64,000 bases of DNA from NCBI GenBank assembly GCA_013265495.1, contig MU057656.1, forward strand, positions 1 to 64,000. Direction: 5' to 3'. Origin of the DNA: Vicugna vicugna. Taxonomy: Eukaryota. Positions 27,640 to 40,352 of this stretch are shown in pieces (position 1 is the first letter of the stretch; every line of letters starts with the position of its first letter). The translations under genes were made by a program, and so were the position numbers. A model generated the notes under the pieces. The model worked only from the letters and a program-made list of their open reading frames with translations. It was not told the DNA's origin and did not search any database.

Positions 27640-29670
27640 ATATTTTTGTCTCTCCCCTTACATCTACAGTCAGTAAAACACTCACATCTGAACAAAAATA
27701 TCTACAACAGAAAACAATATACCACAATGCAAGAGAACAGGTGAAGTTCGGTGGACTAAAAAACACAAAGGATGCTGAACTGAGGGAAGATCAGAGTTGG
27801 TGTCAGCAACCAAGGCCCGCTGAATAGGATATCTGAGTCCACAAGTTCAGAGAACCCAGTAGAAACAGGGTCTCTGTGGTTCACACAGATTCGGTCTCCA
27901 ACTGCACCAGTAATCATCATCACAGGTAACAAGGAGAGAGCCACAATGGAGACAGAAATTCCATCCTTCAGACACTCACACATTCATGAAACTGTCCCTA
28001 CTCCCCATTCACAGTGGTGGAGACAAGGTACCTTGCAAAAATGGACATGGCAAAGGCACTTGCCTGATACAAAATACCCACCTGTCTTTACACCTTTCCT
28101 CATTGTGTACACTGATTCTCAAGAGATACCAGATAAAAGGAAGGGTTCGCAATCCCAGCGACAACAGTGACATTAACTACCAGAGAAGTATAGGAAGTGA
28201 CAATGAAAGCACATCTTTTATCCAGAGAGTAGCGACTGGAAAGTGCCATTTTGATATATTATCAGAGGTAGCTCAGGTAAGTAAAACCAAAAATTGTGCA
28301 ACATTGCAAGCTACCAGAAAACAAAAGCAAGGACTCCAACTCCCAATCAGTTATTTATTGTCATAAGAGAAATAAATTTTCAAGATCATGACCAATCACA
28401 GGAAAATTATAGGGCACACACACACAGAGATACACAGACACAGACACCAACACAGACACAGACACACACTTTCACACGCACCTGAGCGTGCACACACACA
28501 CACACACACACACACAATGTGAACCCTGCAGCAAACAAACTTAAATCATGGTATATTGCCATATAACTAATAGAGAGTCCAAATATGTGTCATACAGAAA
28601 CTCAATACAAAAAACAATACTAAGAAAGTAGTTTAGTGAACACAGGAATAAATGAAATTATGATAAGGAATACATTACCAAAGAGACTGAAACTATAAAA
28701 TAACCAGACATTGTTTGAGGACCAGGAGAACTTAATAAATGAGATGAAGAATGCAACAGAAAGCTTTGGATGTAGACTGTCTTTGTGGAAGAGAGATTAG
28801 CAAACTCACCAATACAAAACTAGAAATGATAGGAGAGTGCAGAGATACAAGATATTAAAAAGTGAGGATACTCCACAGTAGCCATCAGACTTCCTCAGGA
28901 AGTCCACATTAGAGTGGAATCCTGGATGGAGAAGAAAATTAGAAGGCAGCTGATAGTTTATATAAAGAAGTAATAGTTGATAACTTCCTGAACCTGTGTA
29001 AGGAACTGATATACAAGTCCATGAGACAACAATACACCAATAAGTTTTAAACAAAAGGACCTCCTTCAAGATACGTCATATGCAAATTGGCAAGTCAATG
29101 AGAGAGAAAAAATTGTAAAGGCAGCCAAATAAAGTTATGATAATCTACAAAGGATCCCCCATTAGGGTATGAGCAGATTTCTGAGCAGAAAACATAGGCC
29201 AAGGTTAAATAAAATTACAATTTCAAACTACTGAAATAAGAAATAACTCACTCAATAATACTTAAACAGTTATCACTTAGATATAATGTGAAAATAAAGA
29301 GTTTACCAGAGAAACAAATCCTGAATGTGATTGAAAAAAACAAAAATGAGACACCTAATAAGAGGTGTAGAAAGGAAATCTTCTAAGAAATATAAAATTG
29401 CAAATATATGCAAAATATTGACCAAAATGCTGAGGAGATACCACGAGAATGTTGCAACTGTTTCTTTGGGTATGTTTTTAAATGCTACTATACTATATGG
29501 ATTAAAGAGAGAAAAATAGGAAATCAGGGGCAATAAATATAGATACATCAAACTGGTAACATGTTTTCAACAGTTAAAAAAATAATTTGAGTCAGTTATC
29601 ATAAAAGGTAAAGAGTAACAATAAACAATATTAAAGGAAGCTGCTTTCAGTGGAAAAAAGACTAAATTAC
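27640..29670 (+). mobile_element. Ancient LINE-1 5'UTR/ORF1 remnant
   Basis: ORF1-like motifs at ~28560-29350 (gaagtaatagttgataacttcctgaacctg, aaggcagcca, tacaaaggatcccccattagg..gcagatttct). Confidence 0.65.
28415..28516 (+). repeat. Imperfect (CA)n/(CAGACA)n microsatellite
   Basis: Direct reading of the sequence. Confidence 0.9.
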
Positions 29671-29679
29671 ACATGAGAT

Positions 29680-30009
29680 ATTTTATTTTTATTTGAAGTA
29701 CAGTTGATGTGCTATATTGTGTAGTTTCAGATGTACAGCATAGTTATTATAACCACCTTTGTAGTTATAATGCATTATGGATTAATACAATAATTGTAAC
29801 ACACAATTATTTTAAGCTATTGCGTATAATTCCATGATCTGTACAGATTTTCAATGTTGCTACTCTCCTTTATGTATAATACTTACTATCTGTCAATGTT
29901 CTACCATTAAATTCTCTTTCTCTTTCCTTTGGTAAATATAAATTTTTTCCCATATATTTGAGTCTGCTTAAGTCTTGTCTATCTAATCTCTTTACCTCTC
30001 CATCATGTC

Positions 30010-30055
<46 letters not shown>

Positions 30056-33000
30056 ATGAATTATCCTTCTATCTATCTATTTATCTGCCATCTATCAATA
30101 GTTATCTATATATAGATGTACACAGATATTTGTTATTCTTTAGATTCCACATACAAATTAATTATGTACTTTTGTCTATGTCTAAATTACTTCACTAAGC
30201 ACAATATTTAGTAGGTCCATTCATGATGCTGAAATAGCAATATGTTATACTTTTTCATGGCTGAGTAATATTCCATTGTATATTTATAGTAACATCATAT
30301 CTTCTTAAGTCCATAGTCTACTTTGGACCCTTGGATTGCTTCCCTGTCTTGCATATTATAAACAGTGCTGTTGTGAATATTGTTTCTTCTCAATTTAGGT
30401 TTTTTCCCCAGATTTCTTCTTGGAGATATATTACTGGGTCATATGATAGTTAACTTTTTAGTTTTTAAACAAATCTGAATACTGTTTTCCATACAAGTAC
30501 CAACAATTTACATTCCTACCAAGAGTATACAAGAGATTTGTTACTTCCACATCTTTTCCAACACTTTCTGTTTGTAGACTTTTTAATAATAGCCATTTGA
30601 CCAGTTTTAATTGATACCTCATTGTGGTTTTGATTTGCAATTAACTAATAATTAGTAATTTTGTGCAATTTTTTCACTTACCTGTTATTCATCTGTAAGA
30701 ATTCTTTGGAAAAATATTAACTCAGGTACTCTGCCCTTGTTTTTGATTGGGTTTTTGTTTTTTACCTTATGTTGTGTAAACTAAATCCATGTTACATCTA
30801 TTAACCTACATCTTTTAACCCCTGGTCACTTGCATTGTTTGCAAATATGTCCTCCAATTACACAGGCAGTGTTTTTATTTCACTTAAAGTGTCCTTAGCT
30901 GTGCGGAAATTTTCAAGTTTGTTTAGGTCCACTTGCTGTCTTATGCTTTTGTTTCATTTGCCTTAGGAGACTGAAATAAAAAATATTCCTATGATGTATA
31001 TCCAACAGGGCATCACCAGTATTCCCTTCTAGCAGTTTTATATTATCAGGTCTTACATTTAGGTCCTTAATACACTTGGAGTTTATTTCTCTATATGATG
31101 TCAGAGAATGATCTCATTTCACTGTTTTACATGTAGATGTCCAGCTTTCAAAACACCATCCATTGATGAGACTGTCTTTTATCCATTGTGTACTCTTGCC
31201 TCTTTAATCATAGAATCAATTCTCATAGGTGTGTGGAATTTCTCTAGGCTCTCTATCTGTTTTTATTGATTATATCTCTGTGCCAATGCCATGCTGTTTT
31301 TATTACTGTAAGCTTTGTTTTATTGTAAGGCATCTAGGAGGGTTACACCTCCAGATTTGTTGTTTTATCTCAAGATCATTTTGACAAATTTTAATGATTT
31401 CATGTAAAACTTAGAGTTATATATTTTCTGGTTCTGTGGAAAATACTACAGCTTCGTAACAGGAATAGCACTAAATCTGTAGGTTTCTTTGTGTAGTACA
31501 GACATGTTGACAATATGAACTCTTTCAATCCAAAACCACAAGACATCTTTCCATTTCTTTTAATCATTTTTAATTTCTTTGTCAATGTTTTATTATTTTA
31601 AGTGTTTAGGTCTTTCACATATGTGATTACATTTATTCCTAGATATTCGGGTTTATGGGGTTTTAAATATTATTGCTTTCAACATCCAGTGTATAGTATC
31701 TCATGATTAATGTGTAGAAATGCAAGAGACTTCTTTAAATTAATCTTGTACCCTGCTCCCTTGATGAAATTATTTATTGTTCATAATAGTCCGTGTGGAG
31801 CCCTTACACACTCTATGTAGATTGTTATGCCATCAGTACTGGTGTCAATTTTGCCTCTTTCTTTCCATTTTGTATTTCTTTTACTTCTTTTTCATACCCT
31901 TCTCCTTTCTCCTATTACTATTGAACACAAGTGCTGAGAGTAGTAATCCTTGTCTTGTTCCCGTATTTACCTAGAAGGCTTTCAGCCTTTCCCATGAGAT
32001 TATAAATTGTTATAAATGGCCTTTAGTATGTTGAGAGATGTTCCCATTGTACTCACATTCATGAGATTTCTGATGATGAATGTATGTTGAATTTTGTCAA
32101 ATGCTTTTTCTTTGTGTATTGACATTGTCTTGTGAATTTTGTCCTTCCTTTATTAGATATGTGTCACGCTGATTTACTTGTGTATGTTGAACCATCCTTG
32201 TGATTCTGGAAAGAATCCAAATGATCATCGTGTATAATGCTTTCTATGTATTGCTGGATTCATTTGTTGATATTTTTCGAGAATTTTTGAATGTATATTC
32301 ATCAAGGATATTAGATTTTCATTTTTTTTTTTTTAGTGTCTTTGTCTGGTTTTGTTATCAAGGTAATGGTGGCTTCATAGAATAACTTTGGGAACTCTTC
32401 TTCCTCCTTCATTTATTAAACTAGTTGGGGGGAAAGAGGTTTTAGTGAAGGCATCCAGGCATTTTGTTCAAGGGATATTTTAAAATTATAGATTTTATTT
32501 AACTTATACTGATTGCTCTTTTCAAGTTCTCAATTTTCTTTTTATTCAGTGTTGGCAGGCTGTACGTTTCTAGAAATTTGTCCATTTCTATTAGGTCATC
32601 CAGTTGGTTGTCATGTAACAGCTCATAGTGTTTTCATAATCATTTTTTGTATTTCTGTAATATCAGATATTATTTGTACTGTTTCATTTCTTATTTTGTT
32701 AGGATCCAGTCTCTGTATTTCTTGATAAGCCTGGATAAATGCTTACCTGTTTGTTAATATTTTTAAGAAAAATTTAAGCTTTTCATTTTAGGATTTGTAA
32801 TTTATTTTTTGACTTCTGTTTTATTTATTTTCAACATAATCATTAAATATTTCTCATTCTACTGCCTTTGGGATTTGCTTGTTCTTATTTCTTGTTATTT
32901 TGTGTGGTATGCTTGGTCCTTTCTATGAGGTTTTTCTTGTTCCTTGTAGAAGTCCTTATTTGTTCTCATCTTCCATCTAGATTTGTATTTGCTGCATTAC

Positions 33001-33724
33001 ATACATTTTATGAAGCTGTGTTTTCATTGTAATTTGTCTCAGGTATGATTTTATTAACTCTTTGATTTCATCACCTCTTTGATTTCATTATTGACCTTTT
33101 TTTATTTTTTTAAGTGATGTGGTTTGACATCATGTTTGTGCTTTTCCTATTCTTCTTTCTACAGTTGATGCACAGTATCATTCTTTTGTGTATGGAAAAA
33201 TACTTGCTGTAATCTATATTTGCTTAAATTACCTGAGGCTTATTTCATGGCATAATGTGGTTAATCCTTAGATAACAACCTCTGAACACTTGAAAAGTTT
33301 ATGTGTTCTGCTTTTCTGATGCAGTGTCCAATAGCTCACTTAATTTCAATTGATCTAATATGCTATTAAGACCTCTGTTTCCTTACAGATATTCTTACTG
33401 GATGATCTGGACTTCAGAATAGTGAGGTGTTAAACTCATCTATTATTATTATTTCATTATGAATTAATTCTTTCATGTCTACAAAAATTCTTTTTATACT
33501 TTGGATCTACGGTGTTGGGTCCATATACAAATTAATAAGTGTAATACCCTATTTTTTATTGAACTTTTGTATATAATCTCATTTTTTTTCATTTTGGCCC
33601 TTAATTTAAAACATATTTTTTAGGAGTTGAGCATTGCAATCTGCACTTTCTTATCATTTCCATGGAATATCTTTTCCATTTTTTCCAGACTATGTTCATC
33701 TTCCACCATAAAGTGAGGCTTTCT
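29680..33724 (-). mobile_element. Old LINE-1, 3'UTR through ORF2 to the EN domain, cut at the unit junction; contains (TCTA)n at ~30009-30055
   Basis: The 3' end reads tttttatttgaagtacagttga. Peptide [11 protein letters not shown] at 30458-30640. Antisense RT and EN motifs continue to catggaatatcttttccat..aaagtgagg. Confidence 0.88.
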
Positions 33725-36700
33725 GGGGGGGAGGTAAAGATGGTGGTGTAGAAAGATGCTCATAGCTCACCCTTTCCCACAAATGCACCAAGAGTCACAT
33801 CCACAGACCCACTCAACTAACCAGAGAACTTGCAGAACTCTGACAGAACATTGTCTTCTTCAATAGGTAAAGATGCAAAAAATCTGGTAGGAGAAAAGGA
33901 AGAAAGAAAGAAGAAAAGGCAAAACAGAGTGGAACAGTTCCCACTGGGAGGGAGCAGCAAAGAAGGACTGGCCCTCATTCACTGTGTCCCCTCTCCCACT
34001 GAGTGTTTGGCAGGATGGTGGGGGAGCATCCAAGGCTTGGACTTGTATAGAGTATAATTTGAGAGACAGAACTAAGTCAAATAGGCACAGAGAATCCCTG
34101 TGACACCCAGCCAATAATGCAGCCCCGTAGCTGGGAGCAGGGCCATGCTGCCCGAGCTGGGTGGTAGATGGGGATGGCTGCACTGTGGTGGCAAGGTGGA
34201 ATGGATTGGGCTTTGATATATGGCTGTGGGTGCACAGGGCAGAACAACCTGGGCCCTCCATAAAACAACAGGTCAGATGTGCCCTGGAGGGTGAAGGGTG
34301 CAATCCCTATCTCTGAAAATCCACAAAAGTTTGAAGGTGAAGAGAGCTGGGGCTCAGACACAGCCACCATAGCCTCTGGTGCTTTGCACCCAGGTGGCAG
34401 TGGAGTCAAAACCTGCATCTACACCTAAGGACTTAGCGGCATAAATGGCCAGACTGAGACTTGTTGACAGCATGAGGCAAATATTATACTACTGTCCAGG
34501 TTCCTCAGAGAACTTGCTCTGCCAAGGCAAACAAGGAGCTGGATTTTGGCCCAGACCAGGGACAGGGCTGTTCCTCAGTCTTCCCTGAGCCCACTTCCGG
34601 TTTGCAAACCCGAGGCAGAGCGTAAAGTGGCAGAGAATATCAGAGTGATCGCCAAACTGAGGGGGCAGGTTGACCCTCAAATTTTGAGCTGGAATGAAGC
34701 CCCAGACCATGGTGCTGAGAGAGGGCATGATGCACAATCTTGACTGGTCAGTCTGCAACATCTGACTGCAGCATTGAGCAGGGCAGTGACAAGCCAGCCC
34801 AGAGTAAAGTGAGCTGCACCTGAACCAGTGTTGGGTGTAAGAGCGATCTGCTTGATGACATGCCATGGGAGCAGCACAGATGAGTGCTCCAACTGAGGGT
34901 CTCTGGAAACAGCAAGCTGAGCTTCCAAAACAGGATGAATAAAGAAAGACTTCACATTAAAAGTACACAGTCTCCAGGAGGACACAACCACCCCCTTGTT
35001 TTAATCTGTTTTTACCTGTTCTATTTTCTATTACCCTCCTAATCTTTATTTCTTTGGCAATTATATATAGCCCCATTTCAATCCCTATGAAATTTTTAAA
35101 ATATTTTTATTATTATTATTTTTCAAAACTCTGCTACAACTTGCTTTAATATTACTCAGTATACAATGTCTTCGAAGCTTTATCTCTCCCTTCTCTAAAA
35201 TTCTTTATCTCTCAATCTCTTTTTTCTATTTTCTAAGTTGTATTGCTACATAGGCATTAGGTAGGTATACTCATTTAGGACCACAGTAGATATCTGATGC
35301 TCCATATAACACAGTACCAGAGAGGTAGTAGAAAGGTGAAGAAGCAGAGAAACCATTCCCAATTGAAAGAATAAGAGAAATGCCCTGAAAGGATGATCAG
35401 TGAAATAGACATCGATATACTTCAAGATGAATATTTCAAAAATGGTGTGATCTAAGTACTGTAGGAAATAAAAGTGATAGTGTTTAGAGATATAAAATAT
35501 GTCAAAAATGAAATGGAAGCTATAAAGAAGAGCCAAGTAGAATAGGTAAACCCATTGACTGAGATGAGGAATGATCTACAGGGGACACAATCCTGACTAG
35601 ATAATGCAGAGGAACGAATTTGTGATTTAGAAGAAGGACAATGGAAAGCACCCAATCAGTAAAGAGACAAGAGAAACAATGAGAAACAAATGAAAAAAGC
35701 ATAAGGGCCTATGGGATAATAGAAAGCATGCCAAACTTGACATGATAAAAGTCCCAGAAGGGAAAGAGAGATCAAAGGGGATTGCAAAGGTTTTTGTAGA
35801 AATCATGGTTGAGAACTTCTGAAACTTAAAGAAGGAATCAGATATCCAATACAGGAAGCTCATAGTGTCCCAAACAGGGAGAACACAAATACACCCATAC
35901 CAAGAGATATAATTAAGATGGCCAGAGTCAAGGATACAGAAATGATCCTAAAGACAGTAAGAGAATAGTAAAGTGTTAGTTACAAGGGGATCCCTATAAG
36001 GCTCCCAGCTGATTTCACTACACAAATACTACAGGCCAGAAGGGAGTGGCAAGATATATTCAAAGTCTTGAATGATAAAAATGTTATATCCTCGGATACT
36101 TTAACCAGCAAGGCTATCGTTTTTGGTAGAAGGAGACATAAATTATTTTACAGACAAGAAAAAGCTTCAAAAGTTCAGCAAAACTAGACCCATGCTAAAA
36201 GAAATATTGAAATGTCTTCTCTAAAAAAAAAGCAGCAGGATGCTACAGAAATGTGAAACTCAGAGCTGGAAAGGAGATATCTCATGAATTACAAATAAAG
36301 TAAACACAAAATTTTAAAACAATACATTCAAATCATTGAGAGTGGGATAGGGAGACAGGAAAATAGAGAATTTTTTTTTTGGTCATTCTTTTAAAATTTT
36401 TGTTCTCAGTAGGATGGGTATGAGATCATGTTACTATCCATTTAATAAAAGCAGTTATAGTAATGGTCTAATGCACTTATAAAAAAGGGTAAGAAGAAGA
36501 AAAAACTTATCAGGTTGTCACTAAACTAAATAAAATTCATGATAATACAAAGGAAAATAAACAAACCATAGAAGGAAGATGAAAGAAACAAAGAGGAAAT
36601 ACATAATCAACTGCAAATATAGGATCAAATTGACAATAAACACAAGCCTATCATCAATTATTGTAAATGTTAATGGACTAAACTCTCCAGTCGAAAATCA

Positions 36701-39700
36701 TAGAGTGGCATGCTGGATCATAAAGCAAGAACATTCAATATGCTGCAAACAAGAGACCCACTTCAGAGAGAAGGACACATATAGATCGAGAGTGAAAGGA
36801 TGGAAAAGGGTATTCCATATAATTTGAAAGGCAAAAAGCAGGTGTTGCAGAACTGATTTCAGATAAAATAGTCTTTAAAATAAAGGCCATAAAGAAAGAT
36901 AAAGAAGGACATTTTATAATGATTGAAGGAGTGATACAATATGAGGATAGCACACTCTTTAATTCATATGCACCATATACAAGAGCACTTAAGTACATAA
37001 AATAATTAATAACAGATATAAAGGAGGATTCACATTTGGAGATTTCAACACTGCATTAACATCACCGGACAGATCATCGAGACAGAAAATAAATTAGGCA
37101 ACAGAGAAGTAAAATAATACAATAGAAATATTGGACTTGGAGGATATTTTCAGAGCATTGCATCCTCAACAAAATAAGATATATATTCTTTTCAAGTGCA
37201 CGTGGAATATTTTCCAGGATTCATGATGTACTTGGGCAGAAAAGAAACCTCAGCAACTTTAAGAAGAAAGAAATTACCTCAAGTTTGTTTACTGAACACG
37301 ATGCCATGAAGCTAGAAATCAACAACAGAGAAACAGAGGAGAACAAAATGAAAACATGGGGATTAAACAATATGTTATTAAAAAACAAATGGGTCAATGA
37401 AGAAATCAAAGCTGAAATAAAAAAGTACCTTGAGACAAAAAAATGAAAGCAAAACCCCACAAAATTTATGAGACACAGCAAAAGCAGTGCTGAGAGGGTA
37501 TTTTATAGTGATACAGGCTTTCCTCAAAAAAGAAGAACAACCACAAATAAACAATTTACCCCACCAGCAGAATGAACAAGAAAAAGAAGAACAAAAAAAC
37601 CCAAAAGGCAGCGGAAGGAAGGAAATCATAAATATTGGGGAAGAAATAATTAAAATAGAGATTTAAATGACCATAGGAAAAAATCAACCAATTCAAATGC
37701 TGGTTTTTCCAAAAAGTAAATAAAATCGAGAAACCTCTGGCCAAACTCAAAAAGAAGAAAAGAGAGAGAGCACAAATTACCAAAATAAGAAAGGAGAATG
37801 TAGAAATTACCACAAAAAATTAGCAATACAGAATATCTTAGGAGAATACTATGAAAAGTATATTGAATCAAACTGTATAACCTAGAAAAGATGGACAAGT
37901 TTCCAGAAACATACTGTCCACCAAGACTGAATTAAGACATAACTGACCCCTGGAAAAAGCAGAGCACTAGAAATGAAATAAAAAAGGAATATAAAACCTC
38001 CCTACAAATAGCAGTCCTAGACCAGACGGATTCACTGTGGAATTCAACCAAACATAAAAGAAGAACTCATACCAGTACTTCTCCAAATCCCCCAGAAGAT
38101 TGAAAAGGAAGGAATACTCCCAAAGTCGTTCTATGAAACCACAATCACCCTGATACCAAAACCAGGCAAAGACACTACCAAAAAAGGGTATTATAGGCCA
38201 ATATCATTGATGAACACAGACGCCAAAATCCTCTCCAAAATAGTAGCAAATACAATCCAATAACACAGAAAAAAGATTATACACCGTGACTTAGTGGGGA
38301 TCATGCCAGGTACGCAGGGATGGTTGAACATATGCAAATCAATCAATGTAATACAGCACAACAACAAGAGATGGAACCAAAACCACATGATCATATCAAT
38401 AGTTGCAGGAAAAGCATTTGATAAAATTCAACACCCACGTATGAAAAAACTCTCACCAAAGTGGCCATAGAGGGAATATACCTCAACATCATGAAAGCTA
38501 AAGAAAACAAACCTACAGCAAGGATAGTACTCAACGATGACAAAGTCAAATTCTCTCACTAAAATCTGGGACAAGACAAGAATGCACACTATCACGACTC
38601 CTACTCAAGATATACTTGGAAGTCATAGCCAAAGTAATCAAACAAGAGAGAGAATTAAAAGAGATGCATATTGGAAAGGAAGAGGTAAAAGTCTCAATAT
38701 ATGCCGAGATTATCTCATATATATACAAAACCCTACAAGATCCAGACAAAATTTACTACGTGTGATCAAAGAATTCAGCAAAGTAGCAGGTTAAAAGATT
38801 AAGGTTCAAATATCAGTGGCATTTCTTTACGCTACCGATTCAGATAATACTATAGAGCTATATTCAACATGACAGCACTGTATTGGTAGAAAAATATACA
38901 TATATGTCAATAGAACAGAATTGAGAGCCCAGAAATGAACCCACAAACATTTGGTCAATTAATCTTTGACATAAAAGGCAAGAAATAACAATGGAATAGA
39001 GATAGTCTCTTCAGCAACTGGTGATGGGAAAACTGGACAGCAGCATGTAATTCAATGAACCTAGAACACTCCCAATGAAGCTAGAATGCCATACAAAAAA
39101 TATAAACTCAAAATAGATAAAACACTTGAACATGAGACAAGGTGCAATAAACCTCCAAGAGGAAAATATAGACAAAACGTTATTTGACATACGTCTAGAA
39201 AATTTTCTTGTAGGAGAAATAAAAGCAAGAAAAAACAAATGAGACCTAATGAAACTTACAAGCTTCTGCACAGTAAAGAAACCGGAAGTAAAAGAAAAAG
39301 ACAACCTACGGAATGGGAAAAAATTTGCATATGAATCCGTCAAAGGCTTGATCTCCAGAGTATATAAGCAGCTCATCCAACTGAATAAGAAAAAATAAAC
39401 AACGTAATCCAAAATTGGCTAGAAGTCATAAACAAGCAATTCTCCAAGGAAAACATACAAATGATCAAAAGGAACATCAGAAAATGCTCAATATCACTGA
39501 TTATCAGAAAAATGCAAATCAATACTGCAATGAGGTATCATCTCACACCAGTCAGAATGGCCATCATACTAAAATCCACAAATGACAAATGCTGGAGAGG
39601 CTGTGGAATAAAGGGAACCGTCCTTCACTGCTGGTGGCAATGCAGTTTGGTGCAGCCACTGTGGAAAACAGGATGGAGATTCCTCAAAAGCCTAGTAATA

Positions 39701-40352
39701 GACTAAACATGTAACCCAAGAATCCCGCTCCTGGGCATAAATCCATAAGGAACCCTACTTCAGGAAGACACCTGCACCCCAATGTTCATAGCCAGCAATA
39801 TTTACAATAGCCAAGACATGGAAACAGCCTAAATGTCCATCGACAGTTGACTAGATAAAGAAGTGGTGGTATATTTATGCAATGGAATAGTAGTCATTCT
39901 TATAAACTGAGAATATAATGCCATTTTCAGCAACATGGATGATCCAGGAGAAAATCAGTCTAAGTGAAGTAAGCCAGAAAGAGAAAGAAAAATACCATAT
40001 GAGATGGCTCATGTGTGGAATCTAAAAACCAAACCAAACCAAACTAAAAACGCATAAATACAAAACAAAAATTGACTAGCAGGCAGAGAATACAAAATTC
40101 TGGTTGCCAAGGGTTGGGGTTGGGAAGAGATTGACTGGGAGGACAAAATTGTAGAATAGATAAACAGGATTGTACTCTATAGCACAGGGAAATATATAAA
40201 AGATCTTACGGCAGCCCACAGTGGAAAAAATGGGGCAACAAATATTTATATGTTCATTGTACCTAAAAAATTGTGCTGTATAATGCAATTTGAGACACCT
40301 TTGTAAAATAATTAAAAATCAATTAGAAAAAGTTAAAAAAAGAAAAAAAAAA
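33725..40352 (+). mobile_element. Near-full-length decayed LINE-1 (5'UTR ~33725-35330, ORF1 ~35336-36223, ORF2 ~36630-40000, 3'UTR, A tail)
   Basis: G-run start followed by YY1-like aagatggtgg, GC-richer 5'UTR, ORF1 and ORF2 remnants (IVNVNGLNSP, CCKQETHF, HCWWQC), A tail at ~40320-40352. Multiple stops and an internal ORF2 deletion at ~38838. Confidence 0.96.

Larger units (their letters stand above)
1..33724 (+). repeat. Tandem amplicon unit A (partial at left)
   Basis: Colinear with ~35590-61111 throughout: same L1 stack, LTR-like element, HSFY copy and downstream unique DNA. Anchors: 61 caaagctgacttgataatgcagagg ~ 35588 caatcctgactagataatgcagagg; HSFY ATG 17428 vs 52146. Confidence 0.93.
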
